From positions 64,976,001 through 65,040,000 of the forward strand of contig OZ024743.1 of the NCBI GenBank assembly GCA_964016885.1: DNA of 64,000 nucleotides. Reading direction: 5' to 3'. Below the pieces are notes generated by a model that did no database searches, was not told the origin of the DNA, and saw only the letters and a list, made by a program, of their open reading frames with translations. The position numbers and the translations under genes are program-made. Below, piece by piece: positions 19,351 through 64,000 of the stretch. This stretch comes from Eledone cirrhosa. Taxonomy: Eukaryota. The stretch's first letter is position 1, and each line of letters begins with the position of its first letter.

Positions 19351-19859
19351 GTATATATACACACACACACACATATATACATACCAGGCGACGCTGTCCA
19401 CTTTCCCCCCCGTCTCTAGAGGTTTATATATTCGACTATATTTCATGTCGGGCGACAGCGTAGAAATGTTTTTACTGATCCAAACCAGCTGCCATTTCTT
19501 TTAAACATTAATTGCCATCTATGTATATATATATAGGGTATGGATCAGTAAAAGAGTTTCTACGCTGTCGTCGGACTTGACGAATCCTCCTAAGATCACA
19601 CCCCTAACGTCATTAAAAAAAAACCCGCAGAGAATAATGTAGTTCTAAAATGTACTATATCTCAAACCAAACCGATGGGATGGTCTCAGCTGGAACGCTT
19701 TTGATTATAGGTATGCTCGATCTGGGCAAACTTGTCTAAATAAAAGTTCTCTGGGGTGCTCTGCTCGAATCGTCAAAATCTAACCTCTTTTCACGGCCCA
19801 CATATTACATTTTACAAATTTGATTTGGTTTCGAATCTCCTCTCTCTTTCTCTCAACCC

Positions 19860-19923
19860 ACTCTCCATTTGAGGCAGAAAAGTTTTACTAAGTTATGTAA
19901 AATGGTAGCAACATAGAGTAAGT
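19860..19923 (+). promoter_or_regulatory. Candidate proximal promoter and non-coding first exon of the PHRF1-like gene (donor AGA|GTAAGT at 19917/18)
   Basis: YY1-like AAAATGG near 19900, a GTAAGT donor, CpG-retaining flanks, and position 2.3 kb upstream of the 22190 acceptor. Confidence 0.45.
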
Positions 19924-21738
19924 TTTCGACGAACTAAGTCTGCGAATCGGTTGTTGCCATTCTGTTTTCTCTCATACGTCGTTAAAACTGTTTAGTATAG
20001 GTTAGAAAAACATAATTTCCTTGCTAAAACCAACAAACAAATCTTGTGTATATGTAAATATTTATTCGTCAAGACTCGTTTCTCTGACATTTTCGGCACT
20101 ATAAAACCTATCAAAATTAAATCTGATTAATTCATCATTTAACGTCCGTTTGTCTATGCTGGTGTGTATCGGAGTTACTGCCCTCAGATAAGTCGAGAGG
20201 GAGTGTAAACGTTTCATTTAAGTTTCGGGGTTTGGCATGTTTTCTACAACTGGATGACCTTCTTAACATTTAATTATAAATACAAAAATATTATTTAAAT
20301 GTTTTTTGTTTTTGTTTTTAGTATGGCCAAAATTACAAGATTTATGTTGTGAATAATAATAGTGAAATGAAATTATAATAATGATAATAATTATCGTTTA
20401 ACGTTCACTTTCCCTGCTAGCAAGAGTTGGGCGGGTTTTCCTAGACCGAGTCTGTACTGAAGCAGGGTCAGGACCTCACGACTGTCTGGGGGTTCACATC
20501 TAGCTTACAGTTCCACCAAATGCATTTTATCATGGCTCTAGCACTAGAGGTTGTCATGTCCTTGATACAACTGGAGGGTCTTTCCGACCCTTTGATTGGC
20601 AAGTTTTTATATGGCTGGATGCTCTTCCTATCACCTACACTAGGGAGGTTGTTATGTCATTGACACAACGTAGGGCTCCTCTTAACACTTTTTAGGCATG
20701 ATTTTTACAGCGGGGTGCCCTTTCTGTCACCAACCACCTTATAGGGTGTTCTGGGTGCATTTTCATGGCACCATCTCTACAGAAGTTGTTGGTTATAGTC
20801 ACAATTGAAAAGCCCTCTCTGCTCTGTGGGGGCGGGGGAAAGTAGGTATGAAGTTATGTATGTGATTTGGCAGGGTAATGTGTATGGGGGGAGGGGTGAC
20901 TGATAGTATATGGGGAGAGGGGATAGTGTGGTCCATAGTGTGCACGGGGTGTAGTGATGGAGAGATAACTAAGGGGTTCACGGGGTAGAAAGAGTAGCTA
21001 TTAGGGTGCAATAGTGAGGATATCTAAGGGCTTTAGAGTGAGGGAGTAGCTGCTGGGAATTGCTGGTGGAGGTAGGAGAGCGTGGCTGGGTCAGGAAATA
21101 TTGTATGCTTGTGGCCGAGTCTTAATCTTCACAGTATAGCAACAACCACCCTAGTTCTGGTGCCATGGTTGTACAGTATTTCTCCCTCTGTAAAGTATAG
21201 GAACATATCTAAGCAAGATAGGTCCCTGGCCATCTGAGAGATGATTGACTCCAATTAAGTCCTGCCTTGATATCTGATGACCTATTGAACCCTTGTTAGC
21301 AGAGGACACAAATGTTATGTCTTTTAATGTCTGTCTTCTCTGCTAGGAAAGCTTGGACAATTCTAAAAACAATCAACAAACATGCCTCTGGTGAATCGCA
21401 TCATACATCTCTCCTATGCCAGAAGAGCATGTCTATATATTTTATTATATTCCAAGAATCTGCTTACTAATGTAGAAATGATATTAATAAATACCTCAAA
21501 TTGTTTCCATTATTTTAAAAATTAATTGAAATATTGACTGTATTTTGTTAGAAATCTGATAACAAAAGGGTTAACTTCATCATTAGATATGGAAAATGTT
21601 ATAATTTTAAATGTGTACATCTTCTCATGTAGATAGAAAAAATTTACATATTTTCATTGGTTTGATTACCAACTGTCATCAGGTGTATTGTTCATGGATA
21701 TATACATAATAGCAGGCTGGATTTTGAATATTATTACT

Positions 21739-21930
21739 GGTGGATTGGCAGTATCGGTAGAGGGTTGGACACCATGCTTTGCAGCAAAGAGTTACGGCCC
21801 TTTATGGTCTGAGTTCAAATCCCGCTAAGGTTAACTTTGCCTTTCATCCTTATGGGGTCGATAAAATAAAGTACCAGTAATACACTAGAATAATTGCTGG
21901 CCTTGTGCCAAAAGTAGAAACAATTATTAC
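21739..21930 (+). mobile_element. tRNA-derived SINE (core GGTTAACTTTGCCTTTCATCC...GGGGTCGATAAAATAAAGTACCAG); many other copies
   Basis: A-box-like TGGCAG..TCGG, B-box GAGTTCAAATCC and (ATT)n tail. Further copies near 2350, 5288, 28400, 47840-48260, 49940, 50750, 57600-58020, 58580. Confidence 0.8.
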
Positions 21931-22273
21931 TCTTAGTTTAGCAATAAAAGTCCCGAGTTTAAATCCAATCTGGTACTTTGTACACATCTAGAAATAAAAT
22001 ATTTTCCCTCTGTAATGATAAGGTTAACTATTTTGTCATATTAATAAAATACTCTGCTAATGGTTCTAAAAATTCTTATTCTATTGAGCATTAAGCATTA
22101 AGTTCCTATTTTCCTACCTTAATAAGCATAATAGTTTTGTTTTTGATTTGTACTAAATATTTCGAATAATTACATTCTATTCATTTCAGATGATTCTGTT
22201 CGGCCCAGATTAAAAAAAAAAATTACCCAGCCTTTTCTGGAAAGTTACTTACATACATGAAGTACTACTGGAG

Positions 22274-56856
<34,583 letters not shown>

Positions 56857-56964
56857 CCAGCAGCATGTGGCTAGCCTTCAAAGAAACCTAGGACCACTTT
56901 AATAGCCTTCAGAGAGATAACTGGGATCATGCAACTGTTTTGAAAATTTGGTTTTGTAAAGTAT

Positions 56965-57190
56965 CTATATGTATGTATGTATGTATGTACACACACACAC
57001 GAGTGTGTGTGTGTATATATGTATATGTGTATGTATGTATATATATATGTGTATGTGTATGTATCTATACGTGTATATGTATGTATATGTGCGTATGTAT
57101 GTGTGTGCATATATATACATGTGTATGTGTATATATGTGTGTGTGTGTGCATATATATATATGTATGTACATTTATATTTATATATACAT
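56965..57190. repeat. (TA)/(TG) microsatellite in the presumed 3'UTR
   Basis: Seen directly, about 110 nt after the stop codon. Confidence 0.9.
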
Positions 57191-60100
57191 AGGTGGGGTT
57201 GTTTAAAACTGTTAAACAAATGCATTTTTAATGGCTCAATGAAAGAGGGGATAAAAAGAAATATCGACCAAGTGAGTGAACAAGCAAGGAAAACAATCAA
57301 GTTTGGTGTTGAGCAGTATCACTACCGACTTAAATACTTTCATCACTGTCCACCTGACTGCGACTAACATAAACATCATTTGATCAAACTTGCATAACAG
57401 TGTGGCTGAAGCTTCAGATTTTCTAGATTTTTACTACCATGAAATTCATTTTTTCCATCTTTTTATCTTTTTTCATATTATTATTATAAAGAAATCATTA
57501 TTATTATTATTATTAGAGTGGTGGATTGGCAGTCGGTGCACTAGACAAACATGCACACAGATACACACAAACATACATCAATATATATAATTATATATAT
57601 ACCCATTGGTAGAGTGTTGCATAAAATGCCATTGTAGTATTTGTCTTGGGTCTCTTTGCTCTGCGTTCAAATCCCACCATGGCCAACTTTGCCTTTCATC
57701 TTTCAGAGGTCGGTAAAATAATCTACCAGTTCTGGGGTCGATATAATCGATTTTCTTCTCCCCTCAAATTGCTTGCCTTGTTCCTAAATTAGAAATCAAT
57801 TTTAAAGGCAGTGGATTGGTAGAATTGTTGGAGTGTTGAGTAAAATGTTTTGTGTCATTTGTTCCTGCTCTTTGCATTCTGAGTTCAAATCCCACTGAGG
57901 TTAACTTGGCCTTTCATCATTTCAAAGACAGTAAAATACTGGGTTTGATTTAATTGGTTTTCCGCTTCCCAACAAATTGTTGGCCTTGTGCCTAAATTAG
58001 AAATTGTTATTATTATTAGGGTGGCAAATGGCAGAATTAGTAGAGCGCTGGCCAAGAGCTTTATATCTAGTGGTTAATAGCCATTTATGTTGTTTTGAGT
58101 TCAACTCTTGCTGGGTTCAAATTTGGCTTTCATGGTAGATATTCAATTAAAGTACCAGCCATATAATCAGCTGTTCTCCTACACCCCCTTCATATTTCTG
58201 GACTTGTGCTCATGTTGTAAACATTATTATTATTATCATTATTATTTAACTATAACATAATTCAAGTGTTTGTTGAAAAAAGGAAATCAAAAGATTATTT
58301 TTATTATTGTTAAGGCAGAAACAATAAGAAAAATGACAAAAATTTTATACCATTTCCTATATTGAAAACCCAACAGGTTCTGCTGCGTAGCAGTGAGGGA
58401 ACCAGTCCATAACTTAAGTACCAGATCTATATTTGGAATTTTGTTCAATAGGCTGTACCTCCTCTCTACAACGATTAACCTTGTACTCAGTCAAAATCAT
58501 TATCATCATCAGCAGCAGCAGCCCATTTCCTCAAAATTGTTGGCCTTGTGCCTAAAGTAGAAATAATAATAATTATTATTGGTGGATTGAGAGTTGTTAG
58601 TATTGGACGAATGCTTAGTATTATTTATTCTGGCTCTTTATGTTCTGAGTTCAAATCCTGCTGAGGTCAGCTTTGCCTTTCATCCTCTAGAGAGTCGATA
58701 AAATGAAGTACCTGTAAAGTACAGGGGTTGATATAATCGACTTTCCCTTCTCCCCCGAATTTTGCTGGCCTTGTGCCTAAATTAGAAACCATTATTATTA
58801 TTATTATTATTATTATATCACTATTGTTGTCAATAATAATTATATATAAGTATTTTTATTGAAATATTAACAAACCTAAAATGAGGTGAAATATCAGAAT
58901 ACATACATTATATATGTTTCATTGTGTGGAAGACTTAATTTTCTGTCAATCTTTCATCTCCTTGACTCTTGTTCTTGTCCACTTCTATATATTGGCTGCT
59001 CCAGTTGGTGTGAGATGTATTGTCTTGTATTACATACTTCTGCTGCTGTAGTTAAGCAACAAGCTAGTTTACCTAAATTCTGGGGCAATGACATCACCTG
59101 TTTGTTTTTATCCATTCATCATCGTTTTTACATTGACTTTTCCATGCTGGCATGGGTTGGACACAACTTTTTGAGGCAATGTTTTACAGCTATAAAGGTT
59201 CATTGGCTAGCAGTTTGTATGTTGGACTTACGACTGTGTCATAGTATCGATTCCTGAACTGTGTAGTGTGATCTATTCTTGAGCACAACACTTCATTTCA
59301 CTTTGTTCCAGTAAGTCCACTCAGCTGAAAATGAGTAGCTGGGAGTTAACCCTGCGATGGACTGGCACCTTGTCCAGTGAGTTAGTCTTGGACTCTCATT
59401 TGCTTAATGCCAAGGAAACTGGGATAAAATCTGGACTGATGAACCTCTGGGCTTGGGGAAAAATAAAAGAAAAAACACCTTACAACCGGATTCCCTTCCT
59501 GGCATCACCCATTTTAGTGATTCTTATGACACACGGATATAGTGTATCTATTCTAAAAATTGGAATATAGCATACACATGGTCCCAGTGTGTGTGTGTGT
59601 CTGTGTGTATATATATATATATATCATGATGACCGTTAAACGTCTATTTTCCACGCTTGCATAGGTCAGATGAGTTGTCTCATTGAGAGACAAATTAAAT
59701 CAGGTGACTGTGTCTTGCTCATAGAGAAGTGTTTCTGGCTTGGTTTCTACAGCTGGCAGTACATATGCAGAAAAGGCCAAGAGTGGAATGCATCATAGAA
59801 AGCTAGAAATATAAAAATACAGAAGAAAATATGCCAGTATAAATGTAAGAGTTTCTTAGTAACCGGCTGACTGCTGCCAGCCACATTCACACTGCCTTCT
59901 TTTTAATGATACAAGCATGGTTATTGTTTGGTTACATTCTACACCTGACTATATTTGGTCTAGCTAGAATTTTTCTAACCTGCTTGTTATATATATATAT
60001 ATATTTGTGTGTGTGTATCTCTTAGTTTGATTGCAATTAATGCAAGCACAAACTGTTGATCACTTGATGTGATACTGCAATGCCAAAGTGAAGCAGTCAA

Positions 60101-60242
60101 TACAAGGGACAGATAATGACTGTTACATTGGTATCATGTAGCATCACAGAGTATAAACACCAAGAGAGAAAGAGACAGGAAAATCAGTTTAACATATGCT
60201 TATTTTTGTTAAGAAAATAAACATGTTAAACTGATCACTCTC

Positions 60243-60278
<36 letters not shown>

Positions 60279-60663
60279 CATACATACTGTATACACTCAT
60301 GTATAAGTTACTTTGAAGATGTAAAAACCAGCATACTACTTATCTACTGGACTTACAAAACCTTATGTTTGTCAAGTATTGAGCCAAGGATGGTATATTT
60401 GAAGTGGGCTGAGGGATACAATTTATCCACAAGTATATACTTATATATATATATATATATATAATGTTATGGAATACTGTTAGCTTCTCGCTACAACAAT
60501 TTCTATACTTTTCATTTATATATATATATATATATATGTGTGTGTGCGTGTATATGTATGTACACATGCGCACACACACATGTGTTTGATAAAATGCTGG
60601 ATTCTTTTGTCCTGTGTACTAATAATGCCAAGACAATGTGATAAAGATTTAATTTTTTTAGTG

Positions 60664-60696
<33 letters not shown>

Positions 60697-62744
60697 AGAG
60701 GGTGGGGAACAGGGGCAAATAAAGACTAATAATAATAATAACGGAACTGATTTTTAGAATAACAAAACAAAACAAAACCAACAAGGAACAATTGATGGTT
60801 GTTGGTCGCAGTTAACTATAGCTAAGATTCCTTTTGATCTGTGATTGATGACTGGGTTGTTATCTGTGAAAACTGAAGGAAAGAAGAAAGAATTGAACCG
60901 AATTTAAAAAAATATTTATATATATATATGCATATATATATATATATATATATAAAATAATATATGAAAAGAAAGATGGAGATAACGGAAATTCTCTTGA
61001 AAACTTGAGTAAAATAATTTGGATTTAACAAACTAAACAATGTATCAAAGACAATTGATGTTTGGGATTTTCTTGTTTTAAAGAAACAAAATTGAAAGAT
61101 AGTGAGGAGATGAAAATAAAAACAATTGTTTTTGTTTTTTTTTTAATGTTTTATGTGTGGAAAAATATTAAGTGACTGAATGATTGCATAAATGACTTCA
61201 TCAACAACAAACTTCTATAACAGCATCAAGAAAAACAACAAACAAACAAACAATAAAATAAAATCAATATAAATATTTCTTACAATTTTCCTAAATTATA
61301 TTGCAGTATCCATGCTAGTTATTCTAGCAGAATCTCTCTCTCTCTCTTTCTTTCTACATCTCTCCCTCTCTTTCTTTCTTCATCTCTCTCTCTCCATAAA
61401 TTTTCTAAATTGTAAATATTTTTCTGGTATTTAAAGAAAAAGTGAAATACAAACCCTGTAGTGCTCTCATTTCCATTAGTTCTTCAAGAACATTTTCTCT
61501 AAGGCTAAAGGTAATGAAGAACAAAAAAAAAAACTTTATTTTGTTTTGTTTCCCCCCTCCCCCTCAAAAAAAGAATTATTCAAATAATTCCGTCATGTTT
61601 GAAGAATTTTTCCTCTTTTTTTTTTTTTATTCAATAAACTGTTTTAGTCGAAACTGTTTTCAATACGACTAAAAAAAAATACGAAGGAAAGAAGAAAAAA
61701 AAGCAAACAAAAAAACACTATTCAGACATTGAGGAAAAAAAGAAAAAAGAAAAAATAAATTATTAAACTGTAAAATTATTATTAATTCATCTTCACTCTG
61801 CAATCCATAATCATGTTATAAACAAAACAAAACAAAAAAAAATGACAAAAAATTGAAGTTGGTTTTTTTCTGGAAATAGTTTTTAATTCCTGATTTATTG
61901 TTTTAATGTCTACCATAAAAAAAATAACATTGATAGATGTAAAATAAATTTTGACTGGGATGTTTTCCAAGTGACAACCTTATCTTATCTTTTTTGCATA
62001 AATAGTCTGCTTTTCTTGTGTGTGTGCTATTATCAGGTCATTAAGTATGAAATGTCCAATTTCGATTTGAAAAGGTTTAAGGAAATCGGACATACTTAAG
62101 AACCTAATAGTTTTCATTACTATTGTGATGGCTTAGTGGTTAGAGAGTTGGATTCACGATCATGAGATTGTGAGTTCAGTTGTGACCAGTAGATAATATC
62201 AGCAATGGAAACATTGTTTCCTTTGTCGAATTTGACGAGGTCCACCCCACTCGGCAAGCGAATGAGATCTATGATCTTGTCAATCGATCAGAGTGACCAT
62301 TGTTTTGTCTTTGCAATTGTTAATAATTCATCAGTGAAAAGGTGATGGATTGGTTGTGTCGGATAAAATACCATTGTGGTATTTGTGCTGGCATTTTACA
62401 TTCTGAGTTTAAATCCTGTTGAGGTCAATTTTACCTTTCATTTTTGCAGAGTTAATAAAATGAAATAAAGAAACGATATGACTTTCGTCAAATCGGACCG
62501 AGGAAACAATGTTTCCGTTGGTCTTTCCAATTGCTAATACTATCTATCGGTCGCAACTCCAGGTAGAAGGAGCAACGTGAAATAAAGTGTCTTGCTCAAG
62601 GACATAACGCATCACCTGGTCCAGGAATCAAACTCACAACTTTACGATTGCGAATCCAATTCTCTAACCACTCAGCCACACGCCTTTACAATAAAATAAA
62701 GTACCTGTCAAATACTGAGGTTGATTTAATTAACTTTACCCACA

Positions 62745-63620
62745 GCAGTTGGAAGCAAGAGGACTGAGAGTGAACCTAGCTAAGACAAAAGTGTTGATGA
62801 GTAGAAAAGAGGACAAAACTCTGATTCCGTCAGGGAAATGGCCATGTTCGATATGCAGAAAAGGAACTGGCATAAATTCTATAAAATGCACACAATGCAG
62901 ATCCTGGGTACACAAGAGATGTAGTGGGATAGCAGGCAAACTAACAGGTAGGGAGAAATATGTATGTAGTAGATGTACAGGGAAATTAGACAGTAGAAGT
63001 CGCATTGATAGACACATTTTTCAAATGCAGGAGGGCGCTATAGAAGTGGTGGATAGCTTCCGGTACATGGGAGGAGGGTGTTCCGAGGCCATAGTATCTA
63101 GAATGACTGGTTGGAAGAAGTTTAGGGAGCTGCTGAAGGAAGAAGGGTTTCTCCCTGCGTACGAAAGGCCGGTTGTATGATGCCTGTGTGAGGAGTGCGA
63201 TGCTGCATGGTAGTGAGACATGGGCAGCAACTGCAGAGGATATGCAACGGCTGGAGAGAAATGAGGCAAGCATGCTCCGTTGGATGTGCGTGAAGGACCC
63301 AGCATAAATGTGTTGAGAGAAACTGTGTCTGAGAGGGATAGAATGTAGTGTACGGGAGAGGAGACTGAGGTGGTTTGGACATGTGATGTGCATGGAGGAT
63401 GACCGATAGGTGAAGAAGTGTCAGGAAATGCCAGTTGAAGGAAGACGTGGTAGAGGTAGACCACGAAAAATATGGGCGGAGGTGGTGAGAACAGACCTCA
63501 GATCATTGAAGCTCACGGTGGAGATGACGAAGGACCGTGACGAGTGGAGAGATGCTGTGCTGAATAAGACCCGTCCCACCCTTGCAAACGGGGAAAAGCG
63601 GACGTAAAATGATGATGATT
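62745..63620 (+). mobile_element. RTE-clade LINE 3' fragment with internal Cys-rich finger, frameshifted
   Basis: GLRVNLAKTKV, WPCSICRKG..NSIKCTQCRSWVHKRCSGI, VDSFRY, LRWFGHV, RGRGRPRKIW, and tail GGAAAAGCGGACGTAAAATGATGATGAT. Confidence 0.85.
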
Positions 63621-64000
63621 GCCAAGATTTGCTGGCCTTGTGATTAAATTAGAAATCAATAATTAGCCAATGTGTGGCTTCTTAAGCCATAGTGAAGTTA
63701 ACCTGTCTAGGGGAGCAGACACTGCAAATAAACACTGACATGGTGGAGAGGACTCTTGAGTCTGGTAAGACAAGCTCTCTAGTGCTGATAGCACAAATAA
63801 TGTACCCAGTCCATACTGTAAAGTGGTTGCCAGAAAAATCCTGCAAAAAACACGAAAAGTATAGCAAATATGATTCTCATTGTGCCCATGCATGTGTGTA
63901 AAAACGATGATGTGTTACTGTATTTCTAATTAAATACACTTTATTTCAATTAATGAAGATTTCAGAGGGATTTACTAAAACTATTCATTACGGTGTCGAT

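Noticed and set aside
21739-21830. tRNA gene suggested by A/B boxes (also near 1500, 46945, 62130)
   Set aside because: No cloverleaf can be formed. These are SINE heads followed by SINE bodies and tails.
61250-61780. AATAAA/ATTAAA motifs as the gene's polyadenylation site
   Set aside because: Such hexamers are frequent in this A-rich sequence, so the true 3' end cannot be assigned without transcript data.
62830-62980. Second PHD-like finger suggesting another chromatin gene
   Set aside because: It is embedded in RTE LINE coding sequence. A decayed version near 10300-10420 has the same origin.

Overview
AT-rich eukaryotic (animal) genomic DNA. The dense (TA)n/(TG)n microsatellites, tRNA-derived SINEs and RTE/CR1 LINE fragments suggest a coleoid cephalopod such as Octopus, which is an inference from repeat style. 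The main feature is one spliced + strand gene, a PHRF1/SCAF11-family protein (RING + PHD + acidic/RS region + C-terminal SRI-like domain). I reconstructed it by hand from 13 phase-compatible GT-AG coding exons between 22274 and 56856 (6183 nt CDS, about 2060 aa), including one 4.3-kb exon. Upstream are two candidate non-coding first exons, a roughly 5.5-kb compound (TA)n satellite and a possible terminal exon of another gene. Introns hold a 5'-truncated CR1-type LINE nested in a TTAA MITE, RTE fragments, many SINEs and minisatellites. The best second-look items are a candidate in-frame cassette exon just before the SRI domain, inverted SINE pairs bracketing exons, several fold-back elements next to TA tracts (one 40-bp stem with only G.U substitutions) and degenerate hammerhead-like motifs. 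No prokaryotic-type system is present.
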